Assembly (NCBI RefSeq): GCF_036321535.1
Contig: NC_087436.1
Coordinates: forward strand, 70,248,001 to 70,312,000
DNA: 64,000 nucleotides
Source of the DNA: Camelus dromedarius
Taxonomy: Eukaryota
Reading direction: 5' to 3'
Of this stretch, positions 14,449 to 28,400 are shown in pieces. Each line of letters starts with the position of its first letter. Position 1 is the stretch's first letter. Made by a program: the position numbers and the translations under genes. Below the pieces are notes generated by a model. The model was not told where the DNA came from. It saw only the letters and a list, made by a program, of their open reading frames with translations, and made no database searches.

Positions 14449-14501
14449 ATTCAGTCCATGATAGCTAAAAACAAATATTCAGTTAATGATAGCTAAAAAA
14501 A
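14426..14501. repeat. Three-copy tandem repeat, unit ATTCAGTYMATGATAGCTAAAAA
   Basis: Copies at 14426-48, 14449-71 and 14477-501, read directly from the sequence. Confidence 0.9.
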
Positions 14502-14989
14502 TGAAAATACTATTATGTAATAAACTAATTAGAAGGACCAATTACCACATCAATCTAGATATTACATAACCAAAACAGTCCTGCACAACAGAACGCGTTT
14601 TATCAGGTTACTAAGGATCTGCTGCCCAGGTATACTTTATCTAGTGTTTGTTGTTCAGGTATCTATTCTTTCAGAGTCAGATCACATTTCTGAATCAGAA
14701 AAGAACAGCTACCCAAGAAATAACTGAGGCTCAGATTTAGCCACAGGGTTTGAATCCAGCATTTCTTCTCTCTGGCATTCGGAGCATTTGCTTTGAGTTT
14801 TACAGATAAAAGAACACCTTTTTAGATACAGGCAGAAAAAGCCGGAGAATGTGAGGGCAAGGAAAGAACTCTTTAGTCTCAAAATTCATCTTCTATATCA
14901 ACATTTGAATATTTGAATTCTTATTAATAATAACACTTTTCCTCGGCCTTTTCAGAATGAGACCTGTTATTTGCTCACTTTCTTTTCCT

Positions 14990-15870
14990 TATAGAAAATT
15001 TCAAAACTAAACAAAAGCAGACAGCACAGTATAATGATCCTAACGTGCTCATCACCTGGCTTCAACAATTATTACTCACAGCCAATCTTGCTTCCTCTAC
15101 ACTCCTACTTCCTTTCCTCTCACACATTATTCTGAAGCAAATCCCGTATTATTTCATCTGTAAATATTTCAGTACATATTTCTAAAAAATAAGGGCTCTT
15201 ATAAAAACGTAGCCACAACATCATCACCGCAATTAATAATCACTCCTTAGTAACATCAAATATCCAGTGTTTAAATTTTTCAATTGTCTATAAATGACAT
15301 TTATAACAAATAACTATTTGTTGTTATTCTTTTTCAGATTGCTTGTTTGAATCAGGATGCAAATTAATCTACACATTACCGTTGGTTGATATGTCTCATA
15401 TTTCTTTCGACCTCTAAGTTTCTCCTTCAGCTCTACTTTTCCCTGCAATCCATTTAGTGAAGAAATTAGATCCTGCACAGTTTCCCCAGTTTGGATTTTG
15501 CTGACTGCATCCAGGTGGTGTCATTTCACATGTTCTTTACCATATTCTTCTGTTCCCTGTATTTCTGTAAGTTGATAAATTTGATTTAAAGGCTTGACCA
15601 GATTCAGGTTCTATTTTGTTGTCAAGACTTCTTTACAGGTGATGATATATTCTTCCATCAGGATGCACATACAATGTGCTTGTCTCTCTCAGCTGTTGGT
15701 GATCAGTGTCTAGAGCCATTAATCCAGTAGGGGTTGCAAAAATGGTGATATTCTAATAATAATTCAATCATTCCTATTTCTTTTCTTTAAAACTGAAATA
15801 TTTCTATAAGGAGAAATTTCCTTTCATCTGTTTGGAAACTTGGCTCTAACGGTGTCTTCTTGGGGAAGGG
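14990..15870 (-). mobile_element. Old L1 3' region (L1MC/ME-like)
   Basis: gaaaatttcaaaac...gtaaatatttcagt...ggattttgctgactgcatc...gggttgcaaaaatggtgatattctaat. Confidence 0.7.
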
Positions 15871-16139
15871 TAACATGTTAATTAACACATTGGAAGTGAT
15901 TAATTTATGCTGTAACAAAGTATGATGAATCATTTTCCTTAAGGTTGTAGAAACCCTCACCCTGAGAGAAAAGGAGAATATAAATACAGCCAAGGGAGAG
16001 GAAGTAAATGGTGATCAGAAATTTGAAATATCTGAGAAAAGAAGACAGAACACAGATGCTTAAACGTAACACTTTGCTATGCCTGTTCTTATCTGGCATA
16101 TAAATTCCTATTTGGAAGCCCACCTTATGGCTCTGAATT

Positions 16140-16820
16140 CTACTTATTTACTTAGGAGTCCTGCATTCATCCTTCCAGTTCAGATCTCTCCCCAGGCTTA
16201 GTAGTCACAGTAGTCAAAACTCTACCTGACATGGCTATTTTGATGTCTAAAAGACATTTAAGTGTTAACATATCTAAAATGGAACTTTTAGTTTCACCTC
16301 AAAATTGTGACTCAGATTTTCCCTACTTCAATAAATGGCAGCACCACCCACCTGTTACTAAAGCCAAAAAACAGGAGTAATCTTTGAAGTCTTTTCTCCA
16401 ATCCCCATAATCAATCAATCAATCAGTCACCAAGTGCTGTTGGTTTTACCTGGAGATTATTTTCTTCTATTATTAATGACACCACCCTAAACCAAGTCAC
16501 AATTGTTGAGAAACAACTGAACTGTTACAACAGTCTTCTGGCTTCCCTGCTGACATGTTGGCCCCTCTAGTCCATTTTCCACAAGGGGAGTGATCTGTCT
16601 AAAATGTTAGCCAAGGATCATGAGCTGATAATTGTTGAAGCTGTGTGATGGATTTGTTATGCTAATTTCTTCCCCTTTGTATATGTTTGAAATTTTCCAC
16701 ATTAAAAAAATAAAATGTTATTCAGATTATTTATTTTACCTTACTATTTTACTTCCCAACTGACTTCTCGATGTTCTTCAGATAAAATCCAGATCTCTGG
16801 CTTAGGCCTGTGAGTCTCAT
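16140..16820 (-). mobile_element. L2 fragment
   Basis: tccagttcagatctctccc...ataaatggcagcaccaccc...aatcagtcaccaagtgctg...ccctctagtccattttccac. Confidence 0.65.
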
Positions 16821-18639
16821 TATATTGTATCACACCACAATTTATAATTATCTTGTTTGTTTATATTTATATGTAAATATACTTACTTGTTTATTATTAC
16901 AAGAAAGTAACTTAAGTGAATATCTGAAGAAAGTGAAGAATATTCATTCTATTTGTGTTATAATTCCAATTGTTTGAAAACGTGGTTAGAATACAAACTT
17001 TAATAATCTTGCTTCATAAGCAAAGATTTATCAACAAAATAAGAGTTTGATCAGGAGAGTAACTTCTTGAAATTGAAATTTTAGGAAAAGAGCGGCATGA
17101 AATACTGACTGGTGAAGCAGAAATCGGAATTAGAAATCTCTATTTGAATATACTCTCTCTTTGATTCTAAATTGCCCCAAAGTTTTGAAGTGTTGAATAA
17201 TTTTAAGTGATAGCCCATTGTTTGATTTAAATGTCTAACCTCTGGAATTATATTCTCTATTATTAACATGACACTTCTCATGTTTTTAGGACCAATATAT
17301 TTAAGTTTTATCAGCTGTTAATTTCAGACAATTCTCCTAATGGTATGATAAAGAAGAACTCAGCAGGTGTTTTTGCAGAGTCTGTTCTCTGCCAATCATT
17401 GTGCTGACTCAGAGTCACAGGATTCATTTAAACTGTGTTAAACCAAAAGCACCAGTACATAAGCCAGCCTACCAAGTCAGGGAGCAGATGGAAGTTGACT
17501 GCCAGTCATGTGAAGGAAGCCCCTGGCATGACAGAATTTTAGAACTGTAAGATATCTTTGGATTGTGTAATACTAAGGCCCTCATTTTAAAGGGGCGAAA
17601 CTGTTGTTCCAATAGGTTAACTGACTTACTCTTCCCAAAGTAAAAGATAATATCCTAATCTGGTAATTCAAGTCTTACTTTCAGAAAACCCTTAAGGAAT
17701 TATAGAGTAAGGTAGTACCATACCAAGATCTGGAACACAGGGCTTTTATGCCATAAATCCATTCTTTTCATTATAGTAAGATAACTCTTCCTTTCCTCTC
17801 CTTCACAGCATCTTTGGAAACTTTGGTCTTTTCAAATTACTCCAGTGACCTCTGCTGTTCCTGAGATAGCATCAAATCTTCAATAATTTCTTCTGTTTTT
17901 AAAAATGGTTTGATTTACCAACATGCCAAACTAATAGTGCATAAACTCAGCAGAGTACATTTCATATTGGCATTCTATTAGCCCAAAGTGGGTTACTAGC
18001 AGCACATATTTTAAGTTTTGTTCAGATTCTTTGAAAACTGATTTGTGGATTTGATGGGTGTTGTGAGTAAAGAAGATGGACATCTCTTTGTAAATTAATG
18101 GGTACCCAAACTGACAATGCTGTGGTAGCCTGGTCATCAGTGACAACGCTAATTAAGCATTTGTGAGGCTCAAGTCCATTACAGCCATCCAGCACTCTGA
18201 TGGACAAGACATTCTAGAAGCTAGAAAGGATTCAGTCCCCGTCATAGAGGGACTTGCATTTCATAGCTAAGGCGCCCAGGGCAAGGCTTTAGACTATTTT
18301 AAAATGCTCCACATACCTTGAATATGTCACCACAGCAGTTTTCCCAGCTGCTGACGACAGCCTGGCTTGCCTGTAGAGACAGTGATGGACCCCGACCATC
18401 TCCTAGTTCAGGGTTTTAAAATATGCCCATAACACGACAGAGACCTTGAAAACCCATTTAGATCCTTTCCTCTGTTCTGGGGGAACCACACCCAAACCAT
18501 TCCAAACAGATGAAATTCCCTCCTGTTTTTATACACCTAGCAGGGAGACTCCATAACCTTTCAACTTCAGCCCTCACAGTGGGCAGAACTCTGGCGGCAA
18601 TTCATCCCTCACTGCAGGACTGAGCCACCCCAGAGTTGA

Positions 18640-19720
18640 AGCCCACTTCCTTCCTGACCGCGGAAACCCAGCTAAGCAGCTCGGAGCGCTCGGCCACGAC
18701 CCCCAATCGGGTGGCCTGGTCTCCACCGGCCGGACGGCCCCAGGGTCCTCGCGGGGCGCGGTCCGCGGCTGCAAAGGTGCTCGGAATGTGAGGACTGGGG
18801 CCGCAGCGGGAGGGGCAGGGGTGGGCGCGCGCCGCTCTCGCGAGAGCTCGCGAGGTGGGAGTAGCAAGGGACAGGGGACTGGAGGTGGATCCGCGGCGGC
18901 TGTTCTCCCGGGAGCAGGCTAGCGGCCTTTTCCACGCCTCCCTTTCCTTCCCCTCCCATTGAGTGATTCAAGCCGTGCGCTTCCCACTTCCGCCCCCTCT
19001 GCCTGCCATTGGAACTAGCAAAGCCGAACAAGTTGCGGCGGCCGAACAGCCGGCGCTCCGCGCCTCCTCCCCATCCTCTCCTCCTCCTCCTTCTCCTTGC
19101 CTGGCCGCCGCCGCCCCAAGGCCTCGCGACCGCCGCGCCCGCAGCCTGCACCGCGGCCGACATGAGCTTCTTGTTGTGAGTAGTCAAGGCCCGCGCGCGC
19201 CGGCTTTGTTTGGGCGACCTGGGCCTCGGGCCCCCGCCCGGCCTCTCGCGCTGCCCGCGCCGGGCGTTCCCCCCGAGGTCTCCGGGAACCGGCCCTGAGC
19301 GTTCGCGCTGCCTGAGGGCCACCGCCTCCCCGGCCCGCTTCGAGCACGCGGGGAACCCCCCAGCTCCCAGGGAGGCTCTCTCTCCCCGGACCCCCAACCT
19401 CAGCATATGCCGCGCCGCATTTCTCCATCACCCCACCTCTCGCTCTCCTGCGTTTGTTTGCACGCTCTACAGAGATCTCACTCTCCCGCAAGACGCGTAT
19501 CCGGCGTGTGCCTCGTCGCTTGTCTCCGTCTCTCCTGTTCATTGCTTTTTTTGGGGGGGGGTCCCAAGCACAGAAGATAGAGCCCCTACTTTCTCCCGTC
19601 ACCCAGGACCTTTTTTACTACTCCCCACGTAGGTTTTAGGAGTGGGAAGTTGGAGTGACAAGTCCTGTGGACGTAACAGTTAACGAGGCTGCTTGCGGGT
19701 CAGGACCCCCAGGTGACCGT
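18640..19720 (+). promoter_or_regulatory. CpG island promoter and 5' UTR of MOB1B
   Basis: Abrupt GC- and CpG-rich block in an AT-rich background, surrounding exon 1. Contains TCTCGCGAGA (18836-45), ETS-like CACTTCCG (18985-92), GC box CCGCCCC (18990-96) and inverted CCAAT ATTGG (19008-12). Confidence 0.9.
19162..19175 (+). CDS. MOB1B: MOB kinase activator 1B, coding exon 1 (MSFL + first 2 nt of F5)
   Basis: gccgacATG AGC TTC TTG TT followed by a consensus donor GTGAGT at 19176, inside a CpG island; joins in frame to exon 2 (TT+T = Phe). Confidence 0.95.
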
Positions 19721-22700
19721 CTGGGGTCTTGCTTCCCCAAGGTGCCCCTCCTCCCAGCATGCTCCCCTGAAGAGTGCCCACTTTATCTTCTTAGACAACC
19801 GCCAAATAGGGTCTAGGTAGTGTGCCCTAGGTTGATTAGGGAGTTGTTTTGCAAATCATTTGTAAATGCCAACTCAACGTCACATTTAGTGCTGGTCATT
19901 ATTTCCCTTATCGTTCATTGCAGACGAGTTGAGGGGGATGGGCAGAAGGCTAGGATGGCCGGCGGGAGTATGGTGGCAGTAGACAAGGCTCAGGTCCTCG
20001 GTAAACAGGACCTTACAGCGGGGGAATTCCTCTTTTGAAGGCTTCGTTGTGATTTACCTATGTTTAATCTGTGGTTGGAAAGCTAATAAAAACTCAGAGA
20101 CTGAAACTTATCCCAAATGCTCCTTTACTGTTGTGGAGAAAATCAGTATTTAAAGATTATTTGTTTTTGTTCTAATACTCTTCTTTCCCCATCTCCTATA
20201 ATATTTAGTCATCTCATTGACACCTGAAACCTGAGTATTTAATTGACCCTTCTTTTCACATGTCCATATCTAGAATATTAATCCTTTTTAGGGTGTTTAA
20301 GCAAAACTGAGCGATCTCAGAAGGCTAAACGGCAGGCGGACTTGCTAATATTTATGATATGTACAGGGGGTGCCTGGCTTGTGTCAGCCTGCCTAACATG
20401 TTTGAGCTTGTGAAACGTTTTTCTTAGGCTGATTCTAGAAGTTGATACTGAGTTTGTCAGATAAGTAGTGCTAGATGAGAGGACTGAGTGACCTCATCAA
20501 AGTCTTTGTTGCCTATTTTGAATCAAGATATCCAAGCATCTCGGCTTGAAGCTTCTTCTCTTGAGTGTTTTTTCCATTGCTGATGTTTGATTTCTTCAAG
20601 AATTTAAAAGCTGTCTTTGAAATAGCAATGTAGATGATGTCTTGACTGCTTTTGATGGGCCTGTGTCTTTGGGAACTCATGGCTAAAATTGGTTGAAGAA
20701 GGGAAGAGAACCATATTTGGCTGAAACTAGGGGATAGAGAAGGTTTTGGTGGTATTTCCTGAATATAAATACAATAGTATTCTATTTTTCCATGGCTCAG
20801 TATTTAATAATTACAGACATGCAGAGGATAAATTCATTTTTCCTTAAGTATATTATTAGCTACATAAGAAAAATCTTGCCCTAACTAATGTATATAGATA
20901 GCACTGTTACTCTTTGAAACTATTTTGCACTATTTGGAACACAGTTTTCCAGTGAGGTTACATTGTAGCAGTTGATAAATTCTCAACTTGTTTTGCCCAT
21001 GTGTTTGACAGTCCCAAAAAGTTAAACCTAACATTTTTGGTTTTGATTTTTGTCCACCAGTAGTTTAAAATCTGACGTGAAGACCTCATAAATAGAAATA
21101 ATTATTATCAGAAGTGAAAGAACAGTTTTGGTTATTCAGTCTATTTGTTATTTGGTATAGTTTCTTGAATATTTCTATACCACAAATTAAGCAGAGAAGT
21201 TAAGAGTTGCAGTTTAAAAGTTAAATACAAATATTTTCCTCCAGTTCTTGGAAGCTTACTTGTAAGGCTACTATAAGTGGTTGAAGCTGAGGAAATAAGG
21301 GCATTGTGAGATAGGGTTATGAAGGTGATGACTCATAACTCTTGAGGACTTTAAGAAAGAAGGAAAGATTGATTTAAAAAAATCATTTTGCAGGCACTGA
21401 TGTAGGCACTGAGTATCATTTATGAACAAAACAGACAAAAATTCCTGCATTGGTGGAACTTATGTTCTGGTAAATGACCATTAAACACTGAAGATCAGTA
21501 CATCATATAGTATGGTAGGAGGTCGATAAGTGCCATGGAACAAAGTAGAGCAGGATTAAGAGGTTTTGGATAAGAAGGTGAGGTAGCTAGGTAATATTCA
21601 GAGTGTTTAGATAATCTACAGCAGTGATGCCTTTGTGTCACTTTTGTACAAATGGCTCAGAATAAATTTGCACTGCACATGTAAATCTGACAGGGACAAA
21701 GCTTTGGTTGTGCTGCAAATTGGTCTATGCATATCTTGAACTTAAGCTAAACTCCCAGGTGGTGCATGCAAAAACTTTACAGGAACCTAATTTAACTTCG
21801 TAGACTCAAATCTTTAAACACATCCTTAGCACCTCTTGTGTGCTAGGCATTGTGCAAGATGTGAGACTCCAGAAATGGTAGACAGTTTATAAATAGTCAT
21901 CTATAGTAGATGCTATACAAGCACTGGGGTCCAAAGAATACAAAGCAGTTTGTTCTGTTTGAGCAGGAGGAGGGTCTCATTGAAGAAGTGATGGATAGTT
22001 AATGAAAGATGTAACAAGAGTTCTCTGAAAGGGTAAGAGGACATGAGAGATTTCAGTCAGAGGAAATGTCATAGAGGCATGAAATTGCCTGTGAATTGGC
22101 CATTTTCAGATTTGTTCAAGATGCTGTAGAATTTGGTAGCTAGATAGGATCTGTCAGTAATACAGCTTACTCCCCTCTTTTTTGCTAAATTGGCAAAATC
22201 ACGAACTTCAGGTTACTGGCCTAATCAATGGTCTGGGTAGAATTGAAACACAGGTCTCTTGATGTACGGTTTTTCTTCTGACATTTTATGCATATAAAAT
22301 TCAGAGAAATTTAGGATCTGAGTGAGTTCTTAACAATCACTCTAAAGATTTATTGAGTGTTATCTAAGTTTCTAGCATTTTTAGATTGCAGATCTCTTCT
22401 GAGTGATGGAATTCCACAGAAACATTTGACTTGGAAAAGACCAAGGTATAATTTCCTAATGTAAGGCTACTTAGTTGGAACAGAGTTAAAACAAGTATAG
22501 TTAACTTTAAAATGGAAGTCTGTAGGAAAGGTGGTTTAGGAATGTGAATGAGTATAAACCGGGTCTATTTCTGTATGGAAAGAAACAAAGAGAAGGTTAG
22601 GAAAGGAAGGAAGAAAGGAAGGAACTATTTATTGAGCCTTATGCCAGATAACTTCCATTTGTGTTTTCAAAAGAATAGCAGTTTAGGAAAGAAGACCCAG

Positions 22701-24224
22701 GGTTTTCGCTGTGTTCATGTGTCTCTTTCTGTCTCTCTCCCTCTTGTACTTCTCTCTTCTCTCCTTCAAACCCTGCTCCCCAGCGCCCCCCCCCCAATCC
22801 CAGCATCTTTGTTTTCAGGCAGATGACCTGGTTTTAGTGCTTCAGTATCCTCACCTGTAAAAGAAGTTAATAATAAAAATAATAATAGTAAAAATAGCTT
22901 GCTAAGCGTTTACTCTGTGCCAGGCACTAAATGCTTTAAATCAGTAACTCAGTTTAATAACTAGCAGGAATACCATTTTTACAGATGAAGAAACTGCCAA
23001 ACTTTTCTACTTAGAAACTGACAAAGAACTGGTTAAATAATTTGCTCAAAATTATGTAGCCAGTCAGTAGGGTAGCTGAGATATGAATCTTGGCAGTCTA
23101 GATCCAAAGAACCTGCCTCATATTGCCTTATCTATAATTGATAAAATGATATTAAAAGGTGGTATTCCGATAGACCTTGTATTTAAGAGAAGTCTTTTGT
23201 TACCAGATATTAACTATATTATGATAGTCCTCGTACTGCTAGGACAATTTTATAAGGGTAACCAAGAATATAATGGTGGAAGAGAAAATAGAAACCTTTA
23301 AATTTAAGTAATACTTTCATTTTTGGTGTCATACACATGTGGAGTAATCATGAAATACTGATAAGAAAAGAAAAGAAAAATTACTCATAATCACATCTTC
23401 AGAGATAATTGTTGTATTTTGTGATATTACTTCCTAATCTTTTCTGTCACATTTTGTTTGTACATATTTTAAAACATACAAATGGGTCCCTACTATACAT
23501 AGACCAGGCTTTTCACTTGTGAATTTTTTAAGTCAATAAATTTATGTCAGTAAATATACTCTGAACCATCACTTTGAATGGCTGTTGACCAAGTATTATC
23601 TTAACAGTTGTGTTATCTGACAACCTTATTTAATATGTTATGCTTTTTGGTGGGGAGAAGGAATGGAAGTAAGTATGATCATCTTTTCAGAACTGTAGTT
23701 TTGGAAATTGCAAATACTTGGCTGGCCTTAGTTTACTTTTACCATCTGATACAGGCTTGCTTTTGTTTTACATTTCTGAGTGCAGAATAATTACTGTGTG
23801 ATTACTTTTACCATTAATGACTTTTTTCCTTGATGTAGTTGAAGAATTTTTGTACCTTTGGAGTTTTTGATACATGAAAGCACATGTAGTACTTCTCTTC
23901 AATTGTGTATTTGATGCAGATCAGATATAATTGATAGTTGATTATAATATTGAAGCAGAATACTTGTTACTTCTTGAAAAATATGAGAAAAATAATACCT
24001 GTTAGAAATGTTAAATTAAGTCCTAAAGAGAACTTTTAAAATCTCCTTTCTTTCAACATTTCCGTTTTTTTTAAGATTGAGATATAATTGACCTATAACA
24101 TTGTATTAGTGTCAGGTGTGTAACTTCCATTTTTGTTTTATATCAGTTAACTAACTTAAGGCCATCTTTTACAGTATGTTTAATTAAAAGTGTAGCTCTG
24201 AAACTGTTCATTTGCAGAAGTGAT

Positions 24225-25480
24225 TTTTAAATTTTATTTTGAAACATTTTCAAGTTTTTAGGAAAGAATAGCACAAAGAACTCTTATATATTCCTTATCC
24301 AGAGAACGTATTTAGTTTCATTAGCTTCTGTAATACTGTCATCCTCAGCAAAAGGAACCAGTCAGGAATCATGTATTGCACCCAGTTTTGTGTGTGCAGC
24401 CTTCTTTAAATGGAAATGTTTCCTTAGTTTTTCCTTGACTTTCAGGGTTTTTACATTTTTGAGGATTATAGGCCAGTCATTTTGTAGAACATCCCTCAGT
24501 TTGAATTTGTCTGATGTTTCCTTGTGGTTGACCTGGGTATGCATTTGGGGCAGAAATATCACAGAAGTGGTGTATGCTTTTCTTACATCATCATATCAGG
24601 TGAATATAGTGTGTGTGTGTGTGTGTCCATTATTGGAAGTGATTTCTTTGATTAAAGTGTTTACAGAGATTCCCCATTGTAAAGTTATTATATGTATTTT
24701 TCCTCTTTGTAATTAATATTTTGTCAGGAGGTATTTTGAGGCTGTATAACCATCCCATTCCTTATTCCATTTTCACCTACCAGTTTTAGTGTCCATTGAC
24801 GTTTCTTCTCTATATTATTAATGTGATGCTTGCAATGCTCTAATTCTATCATTGCCTTTACATTTATTTGACATTTTTACTGTAAGGGAGCACTTATTCT
24901 TCCCATTTATTTATTCTTTTAATGTTACTGTGGGCCTATTTTATTTAATGAGTTATAATCTGTAACTACCATTATTTATTTTGGTGCTCAAATTGTCTTG
25001 GTTTTGGCTTGTGGGAGCCCTATTCAGTCTAGCTTTGGTGTCTCTTTGATTTGATCCTGTCTTTCTCTGAGCATTTCCTTACTTTCTGGCACAACCAGAT
25101 GTTCCAGGTTTATCTTATACTTTCTCTGTCCCAGTCCTGGAACTGGCTGTTTCTCTAAGGGTCTTGGTTTTGGCCAGTGGAGAATAGTATTTGGAAACCA
25201 GAATTTTGCAGGAAATGTGCTCATTAGTACAGATGTTTTGCTGCTCCCAGGCCCTCTCATTGGACAATGCTAGAAAATACATACACACACATATTTACAT
25301 CCACTTATTTTTTCTGTATCTATCCATATATATTGAATGAGTTCACACTAATACCTGCAATTCTGAGCACAAGTTTCATTGTAGACTTATCCCTTTACGT
25401 ATTTGTCACTTCCTTCTTTGTTGGTGAGAACCTGGCTCCAATGTCCTCAATATACTTTTTGTTGAGACCTCTATATATAC
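24225..25480 (-). mobile_element. Old L1 3' region (L1MC-like)
   Basis: ttttattttgaaacattttcaag...gaggattataggccagtcattttgtagaacatccctcagtttg...tctggcacaaccagatgttccagg. Confidence 0.75.
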
Positions 25481-28400
25481 CTATTCTCCTAACCTGACCA
25501 CCTTCCCTTGTGGCTTGGGCTGCAGCTGTCATCAGCCACCATTACTCCTCTCCTGAGCATGTGTGAGCCCCTGCTTTGGCCATATTAAAGATGAAAGCAT
25601 TCTGAAACTCCACTGTGTATGGTATGAGGGTGATAGTAATCTAGTTTTTCCTGCCATGAATTCTGTTTTAGGACCAGTGCCTCAGAGATGTGGGGAGCAT
25701 TAGGGATACTGAACGTAAAAGGCCTAGCTCAGTAAATTGTAGTTATATGCAACAGTGATGTCTAGTTCATTGTCAGTATCTTAAGTGTGATGGTTGCTTG
25801 TTGCTGTTATTATTTTTTATAAACATACTTATTTCTGATTAATAAATTATAGCCAGTTTCTGTTGGTTTATTGTCATATATATCAGTGCTACTTTGATTT
25901 TCTGAGGTTAGGACTTAAAAGCAGGAGTTTGAAGGTAAACAAACATTATCTGGGTTATAGTCTATGTACCTCATAGCCAAGTAGCCTTGTTGTTGTTATT
26001 TGTAATGAAAAATTTGAGTCTTCTTTTACTGCTACTGTTGTTTTATCTGTTGAAGTTCTTTTGTTGTTCTCAAGCTGAAATTTGATGGGAATAGTTCAGT
26101 CGTTACAGTATTGAGTATTAATATTTATGTTTCTTTGTAGAAATAGTTAATGGTTTAATGTAAATACTTTCTGTACAGTATTCGGTGAAGATATAAAGTG
26201 GAAGCAGTAGGGATAAAAGTCTTTTATGGCAGCTTTTCTGGTATCTCGGTGCTCAGATCATGTTCCAGACAGATGGGCAGCGGCATGACCTTCTCTTTAG
26301 AGAATCTGTTTGCTGGTGCCCTGCAGCATAGACTTAACTACTGAAATAACTCTTTGTTTAAAAACTCCCTGTTGGTTATAGGTTTTCCTCACATACGCCT
26401 GATTGCATTCTCTCTAACCCTTCCCCACACCCTGCCAAATGTTCAGCTGGTTCTGTTACTTTCAGGTCTTAGCAATTGCACTTTTGAGTCAGTGAACAAC
26501 AAGCCAATTTGTCAAAATTGAAGTCAGTCAACCAGAGCACAGCATTGTTTTGAGGACTGATGCTTATGTCTCCACTCTATTGTTAAGGACTCCCAAACGG
26601 GTCTTATCTGTCAGGCTGTTCAACTTTTTAATCATTCCTTTGTTAACCTTGTCAATTTTTAATTTGGGAAATGGCAAGTTATCAAAAAATGAAATTAAAA
26701 AATTTTTTTTCAGATTATAGTTAGAGCCAAACCATACCAAAAATTGGAGACCAGCATGTTACATGAATGTGCTCTTCAACAGTTGTGTTCAACTCATTGG
26801 TTTTAAGTCCATGGCTGATGAAGGTTAAAGATGATTGATGTTGCATTGAATATACAAACTTCTTTGGGTATAGGTGTGAAATGGTTGCATTCGGTATTTA
26901 TGAAAGTTATAGGATATGTCTGGTATGTTCATGTATTCAGAATAGCAGGAATTTTGCAGTTATGTGCTTCTGTATTTTTTGGCAAAGGCTGTTTCTGTTT
27001 GGGTGGATTTGGAGGCCTGCTCTGCTTGATTTTGGTGCTGCTGTCTCTATTGCTCCACTCCAGCATCGCTTTTTTAATAAGGAAAGGAGGTGGCTGGACT
27101 CCTTTGGCCCTCTGTCTTCCTGCAGTTACCTTGGGCTTTTCAGGTAGAGATGGGAATGGGCTGGAAGTGGTTGGCAAAGTCCCAAGGCATTGAGGGCCCC
27201 TCGTGATATGGTGTTTGCCTACCACTCCAGCCTCATCTGCTCCTTCCGCCCTGTTCTCCTGCACAGAACTTAGCCATTTTATTTGCATTTCTTTCAACAT
27301 GCATTTCTCCCACGCTGCCTTTGTAAATGCTATTCCTGTTGTTCTGGTTGGACTGCCTTCTCCATCCTACTCTCATTTCTTAGTTCTGGAGCCAACTCTT
27401 TTTCCCTGAATTGTGCCCTCTTCCCAGTTTGTTAGATATCATTTCAGTGTCCTCCATAGTCCTTATTTTAGCCTGTGGCAAAAGATACCGTACTTGTCAG
27501 TTTTCAAGCCTTTCTTCCTCATCAGAGTATGTGACCTCTTTGAAGATGCAGCAGTTTCAAAAACTATTTTTAAATCTCTACCATCTAGCATAGTGCCTGT
27601 TATATATTGGTAACAAAAATTTTTTTAACATATCAATAACATTTTCAAGTATTTTCATGGTGGTAGGTGGAAGTATGAGTGAGTCCCTTCATTCTGCTCT
27701 AATTTTCCCCTTCCAAAGACTTCTGAGAAAATAGAAATAGATGGCTAATGTGCACAGAAAGATTTGGAACACTTTTTTATTGGATCTTTATCTTGCAGTT
27801 TTGTAGAGACATTGTTGTCTTACCCTTCTTTCAAAGATTGACATATGCCGGCACGTTCCCTACCTGCCACTGTAAATTGTGTTCAGTAGTAGTGAATAGA
27901 GTGCTCATATCCCTGCGTCCCCACCACCATTGTGCACTAAGAATAATAATCATGAGGGTTTCTTGGCTTCTTGGGCTTTTTATATTTATATATATTCAGA
28001 TATAACCAAATAAAGAAGTTAATAGTAAAGATTCTTCCAAAGAATTTGTCCTCTTTATTTCTAACAGCATGGTTAGGGTGCTTGCTCTTAATGCCATTAA
28101 CCTTTATTTTAAAAGGGGAAAATAAATACCTCTTATGTTAACATTTAGAATGTAAGCCTTTTTTAATAAGTGAAATTTAAAAATTAATAGTCATGTGAAA
28201 AGTAACGGTAGAACATAATTTTAAAATCTTGCTAGGAAAATACTACTTTTCTCCAAGATAAGCATGGATCACCTGTAAAGGTGGATTTTACAAAATGAAA
28301 TCTTTAACTGCAATTGGATTTCTTGTTTCTTAGTTATCTTCCATATATTTTAATGCAAATGTAAGAAGCTGATAATTTAATGCAAGTAATAAACGTGTTT

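Noticed and set aside
14426..14501. CRISPR-like repeat array
   Set aside because: The units abut with no unique spacers, there are no cas genes, and the context is mammalian.
18574..19639. Long overlapping ORFs on both strands (up to 244 aa) across the promoter
   Set aside because: Low-complexity R/G/A/P-rich peptides expected from stop-codon scarcity in a CpG island; no recognisable domain.
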